NCBI GenBank assembly: GCA_964431835.1
Contig: CAYSKO010000003.1
Span: 53,132 to 117,131, forward strand
Reading direction: 5' to 3'
Origin: an uncultured Planctomycetia bacterium
Lineage (GTDB): Bacteria; Omnitrophota; Gorgyraeia; 2-02-FULL-51-18
DNA: 64,000 bases
Below are positions 1-8,509 of this stretch, piece after piece. The notes beneath the pieces are model-generated. The model was not told where the DNA came from. It saw only the letters and a program-made list of their open reading frames with translations, and searched no databases. Both the position numbers and the translations under genes were made by a program. Positions within the stretch are counted from its first letter, which is position 1; each line of letters opens with the position of its first letter.

Positions 1-208
1 TCGGCCGGGGCTGGACGTAATGCACGTTGAACTTCGGCGGCGCGACGGCCTTCACCGCGACGCGGTCGCCGCCGACCTGGCGGACGATCTCGGCGAACGC
101 GGCCGTCGTGGTCACGACGCGCACCTTCGCGGACGCGTGAAGCGGGTGCGCCGCCGCGAGCCATAAGCAGGCCAGGAAAAGCACTTTCATCGCACGGATC
201 ATTCTCAT
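1..208 (-). CDS. metal ABC transporter substrate-binding protein, ZnuA/TroA family (N-terminal fragment; gene continues past window start)
   Basis: Absent from ORF track because there is no stop in the window. Minus-strand ATG at 208..206 is preceded by AGGAGA. Translation MRMIRAMKVLFLACLWLAAAHPLHASAKVRVVTTTAAFAEIVRQVGGDRVAVKAVAPPKFNVHYVQPRP is a signal peptide plus a typical TroA/ZnuA N-terminus. Confidence 0.55.
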   Translation of the reverse strand, partial: MRMIRAMKVLFLACLWLAAAHPLHASAKVRVVTTTAAFAEIVRQVGGDRVAVKAVAPPKFNVHYVQPRP

Positions 209-217
209 GGCGTTCTC

Positions 218-1486
218 CTAGACGAGCTTGTGTTTGTGTTCGCCGATGGCGAACGTGCCCTGGACGAGCACCTGGTTGTCGTCCTCGCCATCCGCGAGAT
301 CGAAGTGCGACAACTGCACGCGCCAGCGCGCGAACTCGCTTTGATGGAACGTAAGGTAGCCGGTCACGCCTTCGTCACGGCTGTCCGGGCTTCCGGGCTC
401 GAGCGCGATGAGATCAACTGCGTCCAGACGGACGCCGGTCGACCACCGCGTGTGGAAGCGCAGGTCGGCCAGCAGGTACGCGCCCCACGTGGAGCCGTCG
501 AGGTCCTCGTAGATCAGATTGCCGAATTCGTCCTCGCTCTCGTAGAACGATTCCGAGCGGTCCACCCAAAAGAGCTCGGACTGCAGCTTGAACCCGCGAT
601 CGGCGGCGAAGCGGTGCCTGAACGTGCCGTCCACGCCGATCACGTTGACCTCGAACGACGAGTCGTCATCACGTGAACCGGCCAGGTGCGACGCGCCGAG
701 TTCGATCCCGGAGACGTCGGAGAAATCCCAGTAGTTCTTGAGGTGTGAGTACACGGTCGGCTCGCGGCGGCTTTCGCCGAAGAGCGTCCCCTCTTCCCCG
801 TTGCCGCCCTCGAGAACACCGAGCGTCGCTTCGTGCGCGCCGCCGGTCGGCAGATCGAGCGGGACGGTCCAATCGGCGCCCGACTTCGAGAAGCCGTGAT
901 GGCCGAAGTAGCGGGCGACGACGAGCGGCTCGTCGACGGTGTCGAGCGTGTCGCGGTGCACGGGGATCGCCTTGCCGATCTTCGGCAGGACGCGTCCGAA
1001 TCGAGCGGTCGAGCCGAGCGGCAGGCCGAAGCGCGTGGCGTACGCCTCTTCGATCGACATCTCCTCGAAATCGGCGATGCCGAGCGTCGCGTCGAAGCGT
1101 GTCCAGGGATCGACGGCCGCCCCGAAAACGACTTCGAGCTCGCGGACGCTGATCCGGTCCGCGCCTTCCTCGTCCTCTTTCGCGCTGTCGGACGTGAAAA
1201 CGACGTCGCCGATGACGCCGATGTCGGGGTTCCAGCGTCCGGCGGACGGCGCAGGGCGGCCCGCCAAAGGACCGCTTTGCGGGCCGGGCGTCGTGAACGC
1301 CGGCGGCGTCTGGCCTTTCAGGAGTGCGATCTCGCGCTGCTGGTGTTCGACGGTCAGCGAAAGGTCCTTCACCAGACGCCCGAGCTCCTGGACCTGCGTT
1401 TCGAGCGAGGCGGCGTCGGCCGCCCGAGCGGGACCGCCCTGGAGCGCGCAGCATACGCACAAGACGAGTGCAAAAAAGAATTTCAT
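218..1486 (-). CDS. outer-membrane beta-barrel protein with N-terminal coiled coil (putative porin)
   Basis: ORF 218..1792 trimmed to the internal ATG at 1486 (MKFFFALVLCVCCALQGGPARA signal peptide, GGAGG RBS). The Arg-rich upstream extension is implausible. Coiled-coil LETQVQELGRLVKDLSLTVEHQQREIALL is followed by a beta-strand-rich C-terminus. Confidence 0.5.
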   Translation of the reverse strand: MKFFFALVLCVCCALQGGPARAADAASLETQVQELGRLVKDLSLTVEHQQREIALLKGQTPPAFTTPGPQSGPLAGRPAPSAGRWNPDIGVIGDVVFTSDSAKEDEEGADRISVRELEVVFGAAVDPWTRFDATLGIADFEEMSIEEAYATRFGLPLGSTARFGRVLPKIGKAIPVHRDTLDTVDEPLVVARYFGHHGFSKSGADWTVPLDLPTGGAHEATLGVLEGGNGEEGTLFGESRREPTVYSHLKNYWDFSDVSGIELGASHLAGSRDDDSSFEVNVIGVDGTFRHRFAADRGFKLQSELFWVDRSESFYESEDEFGNLIYEDLDGSTWGAYLLADLRFHTRWSTGVRLDAVDLIALEPGSPDSRDEGVTGYLTFHQSEFARWRVQLSHFDLADGEDDNQVLVQGTFAIGEHKHKLV

Positions 1487-1524
1487 GGGTAAACCTCCGT
1501 TGAGAGTGAAAACGAAAAACCGCC

Positions 1525-1824
1525 CTAGAAAGAAGGGGCGGCCGGAGGGGCCCGCGGGACGCGGGCCGAGAGCGGAGCTAGCGGGAGGAAGCGGACGTTC
1601 GAAGAAGCGCGAAGGAAAACGGCGGCCCCATTCTGCGGGACGGCTGGCGAAACCGAGCAGACGTCGAACGACGCGCCGTGAGTCTGAAAATGATGGAGCG
1701 CACAGCCGGTATGATCGGAGTGATCGGAATCGGCGCCGTGCACGTGCGCGACGGCCGCGAGACCGGCGGGAACGCCGGAAGCGGCCAGGCAAAAAACGAG
1801 GAGAACCGCCGCGAGTTTCTTCAT
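1525..1824 (-). CDS. small secreted His-rich putative metal-binding protein, translationally coupled to csoR
   Basis: Signal peptide MKKLAAVLLVFCLAASGVPAGLAA followed by HVHGADSDHSDHTGCALHHFQTHG. The start overlaps the csoR stop (ATGA at 1821-1824). Confidence 0.45.
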   Translation of the reverse strand: MKKLAAVLLVFCLAASGVPAGLAAVAHVHGADSDHSDHTGCALHHFQTHGASFDVCSVSPAVPQNGAAVFLRASSNVRFLPLAPLSARVPRAPPAAPSF

Positions 1825-2099
1825 GCTTTCCCCGACAGGAGAAGTTTCGAAATGAACTTGAGCTCCCTGGCGCGCGCGTCCTTGGGGCTCTTACCGCTGA
1901 GGCAGTGATCGATATGGCGTTCGTAAACCTTGAGGGAAATCTGGTTCATCGCGGATCGCACGGCCGCGAGCTGGACGAACAACGTCTCGCACGAGCGCCC
2001 TTCTTCCAGCATCGCGCGCACGGCCCGTAGATGGCCCTCGCAACGCTTGAGGCGGTCGGCGGTGGCCTTATCGTATTGGTGCTTCACAGTATCCCCCAT
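1821..2099 (-). CDS. csoR: CsoR/RcnR/FrmR-family (DUF156) metal-sensing transcriptional repressor, copper-type C-H-C fingerprint
   Basis: 92 aa. Contains LKRCEGHLRAV and YERHIDHC (Cys, then His-x3-Cys), matching the CsoR metal-ligand pattern. Typical size and alpha-helical composition. Confidence 0.8.
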   Translation of the reverse strand: MGDTVKHQYDKATADRLKRCEGHLRAVRAMLEEGRSCETLFVQLAAVRSAMNQISLKVYERHIDHCLSGKSPKDARARELKFISKLLLSGKA

Positions 2100-2109
2100 G
2101 GGGGGATAC
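2088..2109. promoter_or_regulatory. perfect 22-bp palindrome AGTATCCCCCATGGGGGATACT centred on the csoR start codon; candidate CsoR operator (autoregulation)
   Basis: Read directly from the sequence. Interrupted C5/G5 tracts flanked by AT inverted repeats match the DUF156-family type-2 operator architecture. Confidence 0.6.
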
Positions 2110-2154
2110 TAGCAGAAGCGCAAGGAACGTGTCAACCCTAACCGCGAAAAGGAC

Positions 2155-2931
2155 TTATTTCTTGAACGCCGCGGGAAGGAGCGTCGTTCGCACGCGCAGG
2201 CTGAGCGCGTCGACGGCCATAACGACCGCGAACGTGAGGACGAGCGCCGAAAGGAGGTGACGGTACTGCAACATCTGGACGTATCCGAGCATGTAATACC
2301 CGATGCCGCCCGCGCCGACGAAGCCCATGATCGACGACGCGCGGATGTTGTACTCGAACATGAAAAAGAGCTGGGAGAGCGTCGCATTCGCGGATTCGGG
2401 CAGGATCGCGAAGCGGAAAAGCTGGAGCGGATTGGCGCCGGTGGCGCGCACGGCTTCGAGGACCTCCGGATCGACCCCTTCGAACGCTTCGTAGTAGAGC
2501 TTGCCGAGATACCCCACCGTGTAGAACGCGACTCCCATCACCCCCGCCGCGGGGCCGAGCCCGAGCGCCACCACGAAGACCACGCCGAAGAGGATGGAAG
2601 GCACGGTGCGAAGGATACCCACCACTGTGCGGGCCACCGTGCTCGCGCCGGGACCGAACAGAGAGCGGCTACCGAAAAACGCGAGCGGCATCGCCAGGCA
2701 AAGCCCCACGAGCGTGCCCGCAAACGCGATCTCGACCGTCTCGAGCATCGCCCACGCGAGTGGACCGAACGCGGCGGTGTCTGGGGGGAAAAGATCGCGC
2801 GAAAAAATTCCGAGGCGCTTCACCGCCGGCCAGAAGCCGCGCACGTCGAGAAGCCCGAGGTGGCCGAGAGTTCCGAGCGCGGCCGCGAGGAGGAGGCACC
2901 AAAAAAAACGCGAGCGATTCCGGTGATTCAT
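2155..2931 (-). CDS. phnE: phosphonate-type ABC transporter permease (PhnE family)
   Basis: 258 aa polytopic membrane protein with a BPD_transp_1-like EAA region (…SIMGFVGAGGIGYYM…). Start overlaps the phnC stop (ATGA). Confidence 0.75.
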   Translation of the reverse strand: MNHRNRSRFFWCLLLAAALGTLGHLGLLDVRGFWPAVKRLGIFSRDLFPPDTAAFGPLAWAMLETVEIAFAGTLVGLCLAMPLAFFGSRSLFGPGASTVARTVVGILRTVPSILFGVVFVVALGLGPAAGVMGVAFYTVGYLGKLYYEAFEGVDPEVLEAVRATGANPLQLFRFAILPESANATLSQLFFMFEYNIRASSIMGFVGAGGIGYYMLGYVQMLQYRHLLSALVLTFAVVMAVDALSLRVRTTLLPAAFKK

Positions 2932-3674
2932 CGGAGAAGCTCCACGATTCCTTCCGCCGTGAGGGTGGAGGCTTCCGCGTCGCGCACCACGCGGCCTTCA
3001 CGCATCACGATCACGCGGTCGGCGTATTCAGCCGCGGTGTCGGCATCGTGCGTGGTCACGATGAATCCGAGACCTTGCCCCGCGAGCGCGCGGATCATTC
3101 CGAGGATCTCGTGGGACGTGACGGGATCGAGCTGGGAGACGAGTTCGTCGGCCAGGATGAGCTGGGGGCGCGCCATGAGAGCGCGCGCGATCGCCACGCG
3201 CTGGCGCTCGCCGCCGCTTAAGTTCCGCGCCGGACTCTCGGCCTTGTCGGCCAGGCCCATGCGCAGAAGGAGCCCTTTGGCCTCGTCGACTGTTTCCTTC
3301 GGGAATGCCTTAAAGAGCGATCGCCACGTGCCGGTGCGGCCGAGCGCGCCCGTAAGCACGTTGTCGAGGGCGGTCAGTCCGCGCACGAGCCCGAGAGACT
3401 GGGGGATGTAAGCGAGCGCAGGGCGGCACTGCACGCCGTTCCGGTGAGGCGAATCCGCCGAGGTGAGTTCCCCGTTCTGCGGCCGCAGAATGCCCTGCAT
3501 AATCTTGAGGAGCGTCGTTTTCCCGCAGCCGGAGCGGCCGAGAAGCATCGCCACCTCGCCGCGGCGGACGGTGGCCGAGACGCCTCGGAGGACGGGCGTG
3601 CGGTCGTCGTAGGAAAACCAGACGTCGTTCGCCGACAGTACCGGAGTCCGGCAGGCACCTTTCGAAGACTTCAT
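2928..3674 (-). CDS. phnC: phosphonate-type ABC transporter ATP-binding protein (PhnC family)
   Basis: Walker A GRSGCGKTT, ABC signature LSGGERQRVAIARAL, Walker B LILADE. Confidence 0.8.
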   Translation of the reverse strand: MKSSKGACRTPVLSANDVWFSYDDRTPVLRGVSATVRRGEVAMLLGRSGCGKTTLLKIMQGILRPQNGELTSADSPHRNGVQCRPALAYIPQSLGLVRGLTALDNVLTGALGRTGTWRSLFKAFPKETVDEAKGLLLRMGLADKAESPARNLSGGERQRVAIARALMARPQLILADELVSQLDPVTSHEILGMIRALAGQGLGFIVTTHDADTAAEYADRVIVMREGRVVRDAEASTLTAEGIVELLR

Positions 3675-4579
3675 TTCTTCTTCGATTCCTCGTACGGGAG
3701 TCGGGTTTTCGTGAGCATCTGGCGCAGGCCGTCCAGATGCTTTTCATCCGCCTCGGCGAACCGCACGAAGATGCCCGAGACGAATTTCCGCATGAGCGCT
3801 TTGCCTTCCTCGTCGTTCATGCCAAGGAGAGCACCCTTCAATTTTTCGGCAGATTCGCCCGTGAAGTCCTTCGAGAAAACAATCGCGTGCGAGGGAATCG
3901 GGCCCTGCTTCTCGACGGCCCGCGTGGAATCCATGGTCTCCCGGTACAGTTTCTCGGGAACATCGCCGGCGATGACGGTCACGTCGGCCTGCCCAGCTTT
4001 CAGGGCCTCGACCGCCTGCGCGTAGCCGCCGGAGAACGTGACACCCGCAAAAAATGCCTTCGGATCGGCGCCGCTTTCCGTCGCGGGAACGAGGCCGAGC
4101 TCGACAAGCTTCGCCAAAGGCGCGACGTAGCCGGACGTCGAAAGCGGGTTGGGAAACGCTGCGTTCTTCCCTTTCAAGTCCGACAGAGACTGCGCGGGCG
4201 AATCCTTTTTCACGATCCAGTACGAAAAATAGTAAGGCTCTTCCTTCTTTTCGCCGTCGATCAACACCTCGCGGATCTCGGCGAGAGCGACGCGCGCTTC
4301 GGCCTTTTCCACCGCGAGCGCCGCTGGCCAGGCGCCCATGAACGCCGCCTGCGCGTGCCCGAACCGCAGCGCCTCGACGACGCCGGCGTAGCTCGTCGGG
4401 AACGTGATTTCGACGTCCGCGCCCGTAGCTTTCTCGAGGCGTGCCTCGAGGTCTTTCGCGCGGTCGGTAAGCTCCGCGGGGGTCGACGTCGGCTGAACGG
4501 CGATGACGATCCTTTCTTTCGCGGAGGCCGCGGAAAGCGTCAGCAGAAAAACGGCGGCCGCGGAGAGAATTTTCTTCAT
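3671..4579 (-). CDS. phnD: PhnD/SsuA-type periplasmic substrate-binding protein
   Basis: Signal peptide MKKILSAAAVFLLTLSAASA. PhnD-like fold motifs (YVAPLAKLVELG, GGYAQAVEAL). Stop overlaps the phnC start. Start overlaps the tonB stop (ATGA 4576-4579). Confidence 0.7.
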   Translation of the reverse strand: MKKILSAAAVFLLTLSAASAKERIVIAVQPTSTPAELTDRAKDLEARLEKATGADVEITFPTSYAGVVEALRFGHAQAAFMGAWPAALAVEKAEARVALAEIREVLIDGEKKEEPYYFSYWIVKKDSPAQSLSDLKGKNAAFPNPLSTSGYVAPLAKLVELGLVPATESGADPKAFFAGVTFSGGYAQAVEALKAGQADVTVIAGDVPEKLYRETMDSTRAVEKQGPIPSHAIVFSKDFTGESAEKLKGALLGMNDEEGKALMRKFVSGIFVRFAEADEKHLDGLRQMLTKTRLPYEESKKK

Positions 4580-5268
4580 GGGGCGTTCCTTTCGTTGGAT
4601 TTCAGTTGGAATCGGACCGGGACCTCCGCCTCGGAGTCGACGGCGATGCCCCCGAGGCGTGCGGGCTGGAAACGCCAGCGGCGGACGGCTTCGATGGCCG
4701 CCCGGTCGAGCGAAGGAAAACCGGAGGTGCGGGACAGCGCCACAGAGGAGGGTCGGCCGTTCCGGTTCACCGAGACCGCAAGGAGGACGACGCCTTCCTC
4801 TCCCGCGCGACGGGAAGCTTCAGGATAGCGCGGCGGCGGATTGCGAAGGTAATCGGCGGACGCGCCGGAAACCGCGCCCGCACCGGCGCGCAGCGTGGTG
4901 GCGTCTTTGCCGGGAACGGGAGAGCTGCCGTCTCCGGAGACGACGGGTTTGGGAGCCGCCTGGGGCGGCTCGGGAAGCGAAGCGGTTTCGGCTTGCGGCG
5001 AAGGCACGGCCGGGACAGGGGGAGCGAGTGCTTCGGCGGGCGCGGCTTCGGGCGCCGGCGGCGCGGCGACGAGATCAACCTCGACGCTCGAGAGGCCAGC
5101 GGCGACGCCGTAGCGCGCCTCTTCAACGAGAAGGCGGCCGCCGCCGAACACGAGCGCGGCGTGAAGGAGAAGGGCTAGGCCCGCGGACAGCCACTTGTCC
5201 GAACGGCGGGGACTTTCGGACGGATACGCGCGCACGGCGACGGGGGGTTCTGCGAAGGCGACGTTCAT
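4576..5268 (-). CDS. tonB: energy transducer TonB
   Basis: N-terminal membrane anchor, Pro/Ala-rich spacer, and a C-terminal TonB_C domain (NPPPRYP…VVLLAVSVNRNGRPSSVALSRTSGFPSLDRAAIEAVRRWRFQPA). Confidence 0.85.
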   Translation of the reverse strand: MNVAFAEPPVAVRAYPSESPRRSDKWLSAGLALLLHAALVFGGGRLLVEEARYGVAAGLSSVEVDLVAAPPAPEAAPAEALAPPVPAVPSPQAETASLPEPPQAAPKPVVSGDGSSPVPGKDATTLRAGAGAVSGASADYLRNPPPRYPEASRRAGEEGVVLLAVSVNRNGRPSSVALSRTSGFPSLDRAAIEAVRRWRFQPARLGGIAVDSEAEVPVRFQLKSNERNAP

Positions 5269-5681
5269 GCGGCTTCCATGCCTTTCGTTTGAATGGACAC
5301 TTTTTCGATCCCGCGCTTGCGCGCTTCGTCGAGCACGCGGATGGCGGCACCGAATTTCGCGTTCTCGTCCCCGTTCACGAACACCTTCGCGTCCGGATCG
5401 GAAGCTTTGAGCGCGTCGAGCCGGGGGCCGAGCTCATCGAGAGAGAGCTTGTCTTTGTCGAAGTAGACGTCGCCCGCTTCGGTGACGGTGATAACCGCGT
5501 GCGCGTCGCGCTTCTCGGGAGCGGAGGTCGCCGCGGCCGGAAGCTTCACCGGAACGCCCTGGTTTTTCACCATCGACATCGACACCATCACGAACGTCGC
5601 CAATAAAAAGAAGACGATATCGATGAGCGGAATGATCTCGATACGCGCGCGGCGTTTAGCGGTCGGTAAAGGAATTCTCAT
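5265..5681 (-). CDS. exbD: biopolymer transport protein ExbD/TolR
   Basis: RRARIEIIPLIDIVFFLLATFVMV TM segment plus the periplasmic ExbD fold. Confidence 0.85.
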   Translation of the reverse strand: MRIPLPTAKRRARIEIIPLIDIVFFLLATFVMVSMSMVKNQGVPVKLPAAATSAPEKRDAHAVITVTEAGDVYFDKDKLSLDELGPRLDALKASDPDAKVFVNGDENAKFGAAIRVLDEARKRGIEKVSIQTKGMEAA

Positions 5682-6273
5682 GGGGCTTTAAGAGGATTTC
5701 GAGGTGATTGGACGCGTCTTCTATCTCGTGCCGCGCTTCTTCGAGGCGGGCGCTCAAATAATTGAACGGGATGAGCGCGACGATCGCGATGCCCAGGCCG
5801 AACGCGGTGGCGATGAGCGCTTCGGCGATGCCGCCCGTGATGACGGCCGGCGCTTCGAGCTCGCGGTTTCCCAGAAGACCGAACGCGCGGATCATGCCCG
5901 TCACCGTGCCGAGTAGACCCAGAAGAGGCGCGAGCGTGACGATCGTGTCCAGCACGGACAGGCCCTGGTTAAAGCGCTTCAGTTCGCGGTTGGCCGCGCG
6001 CAGGAGCGCGCCCGAAAACGACTTCGCGCGGTTCGACAAGCCGTAGGAGAGGACGCGCGCGACGAAGTCGCCGCTGTCTTGTCCCGCGCGCGCGGCGGCG
6101 TTGAAGTCGCCCCGCTCCGCCTCCGCAAGGATGCGCTCCACCGTTTCCGGGCTGCGGCGCGTACGCTCGCGCCAGATGAAGAACATGCGCTCGAGGACGA
6201 CCGACAGGGCGACGACCGACGCGGCCAGAAGCGGCCACATGATCGGTCCGCCGCGTTTAATGAGCTCGGTCAT
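5656..6273 (-). CDS. exbB: MotA/TolQ/ExbB proton channel protein
   Basis: Three TM helices. Conserved TolQ/ExbB motif LGLLGTVTGMIRAFG…GGIAEALIATAFGLGIAI. Confidence 0.85.
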   Translation of the reverse strand: MTELIKRGGPIMWPLLAASVVALSVVLERMFFIWRERTRRSPETVERILAEAERGDFNAAARAGQDSGDFVARVLSYGLSNRAKSFSGALLRAANRELKRFNQGLSVLDTIVTLAPLLGLLGTVTGMIRAFGLLGNRELEAPAVITGGIAEALIATAFGLGIAIVALIPFNYLSARLEEARHEIEDASNHLEILLKPHENSFTDR

Positions 6274-6277
6274 CGGA

Positions 6278-8386
6278 TCACCACCGGACGCGGGCGCCCG
6301 CGTAGTACGTGCGATCGAGCGCCGGCTCGATCCCGTCCGCGCGAACCCGCGAGAAGTAAGTTTCGTCCGTGACGTTGCCGATACCCGCGAGGACCGTCAC
6401 CGCGTCCTTGTACACGGGGATTTCGGCGGTGAGATCCCAGACCTCGTATGCGGGAACCGCGCTCAGACCCGTCGTCCCGGCGAGGTTGTTGTCCGCCCAG
6501 TAGTGGTCCTCGACGAACGTTCCGATCAGCGCGACCTTGCCGCGGCCTTCGAGGAAACGCCAGACGAGACCCGTCTTGAAAACGTAATTCGGAGCGTACG
6601 CAGGTTCCTTGCCCGTCAGCGGGCCGCCTTCGAATTCGGCGTTCAGGAACGAGGCGCTGCCGTACCAACTGAGCGTGCCGAGCGGATGCTCCCGGTGCTC
6701 GACGCCGCGTACGTCGGAGGCGAAGCGGCAAAGGTCGATCTCGCCGGAGAGCTCGACGCCGTCGTACTGCACGTCGCCCACGTTCGCGCGCTGCGTCAGG
6801 GCACCGACCGAAAGCGTGCCAAAAAAATTCTCGTAGTCCGTGAGGAACGCACTCGCGTCGTACGTGGCCCAGGGCGTCGCGCGGCCGCGCACGCCCGCCT
6901 CGTACGTCCATGTCTTGCCTTCTTCGAGGTCGGTCGCGGGCAGCGTGTTGTTGCCCGACGGCGCGAGATCGTCGAACGACGGCGGTTTGTAGCCCTGCGA
7001 CACATTCCCGTAAAGCTCGGCCGACCACGGCAGCGCGTATTCCAAACCGAGGCCGAAGAGCGGCACCGCGTAGGTTTCCTCGATGTTGTGGAGCGGCGAC
7101 GTTTTCCCCGTGTTGAAGTTCTCCGTCACCTCGATCTGGATCAGTTCCGCGCGGACCGCCGGGCTCACCGATAACGCCCCGAACTGGAACTTGTTCTCCG
7201 CGAATACCGAGGCCGAGAGCGTGTTGTAGTCGAAGTCGAAGATCGGAGTCCCCTGGTCGGAAGGATAACTCGTCGTGCGGTCCTGCGAGCGCGGCGCGTC
7301 GGCGCCGTAGAAGAGTACGCCGCCGGTGAATGTGTGCCGTTCGCCCCAGGCGTCCCAGTCGTGGCGCACGCGGGACTCGATCGCGGCGGAGTACACTTCA
7401 CGGCGGTCCAGGTTCGCGGCGTTCGAGACATTTGTCGTGCGACGGTGGCTGAAGCGGTCGAAATAGCTGCCGTAGACGGTCGTGGTCCAGAGAGTCGCTT
7501 CCGAAAGGTCGCGTTCGAACGAGAGGCTCATCGCGTAACGCTCGGTCTCGAGACGGTCGAACGGACGGATCGTCTGATAACGGTCGGCCTCGTACTGCGC
7601 GAGCGTGAGACGTCCCGGTTCGCCGGCGTCCTTGTCGTGCGCGTCGAAATTCAGGATCCAGCGCGTGTCGGTCGCGGCGTCCATCGTCAGCTTGAAGCTG
7701 CCGCCGTAAAGCTCGAAATCCTCGTTTTCGCTGCGCTGACCTTCACTCTGGCTGTGGTGAAAGTACCCAAGATAACCCCAGCGGCCGGAAGTGCCGGTCA
7801 CGCGATTGAAGGTGCTGTACAGGTCGTCGGAGCCGAAAACATGCTGCGTGTCCGCCGTGAACGCGCGGTCGTCGACGGGATCGTAGGTGACGTAATTCAA
7901 TGCGGGACCCGGCTGCGGTCCGTAAAGAAGCGAGCTGCCGCCGCGGATCAGCTCCACGCGCTCAACCGCTTCGAGCGGTGGTGTGTAGTACGTCGTCGAG
8001 TATCCGTAGCGTTCCATGCCGATCGGAAGACCATCCTTCAAGGTCAGCACGTCCTGGGACTCATGCGGGTCGCCAATTCCGCGGTAATTGACGTTCACGT
8101 GTCCCTGGTTGTTCTGCTCGGAAACCAGAAGCCCCGGCAGCTGCGAGAAGGCCTGACGGTAATTGTTGTTTTGAATCTGCGGCTGATTTTGGAGGAGGGC
8201 CACCGACGTTTTCTTTCCGGCGAAGATACGCGTGCCTTCGACGTCCTGCTTGAACGATTCTCCCGACTCGGCAGTGACCAACACTTCTTTCATTTTAGTT
8301 TTTGGAGCCGCTGCGTCGGCAGAAGCGGGTGCGGCATGCAGACATAGAAGGGTGAAGGCCCCCAGAAGCGCAATCCGTACGTTCAT
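6278..8386 (-). CDS. TonB-dependent outer-membrane receptor
   Basis: ORF 6278..8398. The second ATG (8386) is preferred because GGAGA lies 8 nt upstream and MNVRIALLGAFTLLCLHAAPASA is a signal peptide. TonB box/plug (VLVTAE…), a long beta-barrel, and a C-terminal aromatic residue. Confidence 0.85.
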   Translation of the reverse strand: MNVRIALLGAFTLLCLHAAPASADAAAPKTKMKEVLVTAESGESFKQDVEGTRIFAGKKTSVALLQNQPQIQNNNYRQAFSQLPGLLVSEQNNQGHVNVNYRGIGDPHESQDVLTLKDGLPIGMERYGYSTTYYTPPLEAVERVELIRGGSSLLYGPQPGPALNYVTYDPVDDRAFTADTQHVFGSDDLYSTFNRVTGTSGRWGYLGYFHHSQSEGQRSENEDFELYGGSFKLTMDAATDTRWILNFDAHDKDAGEPGRLTLAQYEADRYQTIRPFDRLETERYAMSLSFERDLSEATLWTTTVYGSYFDRFSHRRTTNVSNAANLDRREVYSAAIESRVRHDWDAWGERHTFTGGVLFYGADAPRSQDRTTSYPSDQGTPIFDFDYNTLSASVFAENKFQFGALSVSPAVRAELIQIEVTENFNTGKTSPLHNIEETYAVPLFGLGLEYALPWSAELYGNVSQGYKPPSFDDLAPSGNNTLPATDLEEGKTWTYEAGVRGRATPWATYDASAFLTDYENFFGTLSVGALTQRANVGDVQYDGVELSGEIDLCRFASDVRGVEHREHPLGTLSWYGSASFLNAEFEGGPLTGKEPAYAPNYVFKTGLVWRFLEGRGKVALIGTFVEDHYWADNNLAGTTGLSAVPAYEVWDLTAEIPVYKDAVTVLAGIGNVTDETYFSRVRADGIEPALDRTYYAGARVRW

Positions 8387-8403
8387 TGATTTCTCCATAG
8401 CTA

Positions 8404-8481
8404 TTGAGACTTGGTCTCAATATGAAGTTTAAAAAAAGAGACTCAATATGAGAATGAGTCGCATTTGAGAATATATCTCAA
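8404..8481. promoter_or_regulatory. three palindromic TGAGA/TCTCA sites in the promoter region of the TonB-dependent receptor operon
   Basis: TTGAGACTTGGTCTCAA (8404-8420), GAGACTCAATATGAGAATGAGTC (8438-8460), TTGAGAATATATCTCAA (8465-8481). An AT-rich island directly upstream of the receptor start. Candidate metalloregulator operator; no match to a classical Fur box. Confidence 0.45.
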
Positions 8482-8509
8482 TAGGCTCGCTTTGTCAACC
8501 GAAAATTCT

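Noticed and set aside
669-2030. Long Arg/Pro-rich ORFs (669..1460 -, 745..1152 +, 833..1492 +, 939..2030 +) overlapping the outer-membrane protein gene
   Set aside because: Composition is typical of out-of-frame translation of high-GC coding DNA (Arg/Ala/Pro-rich, no motifs, no RBS). The in-frame outer-membrane protein gene with signal peptide and RBS explains the region.
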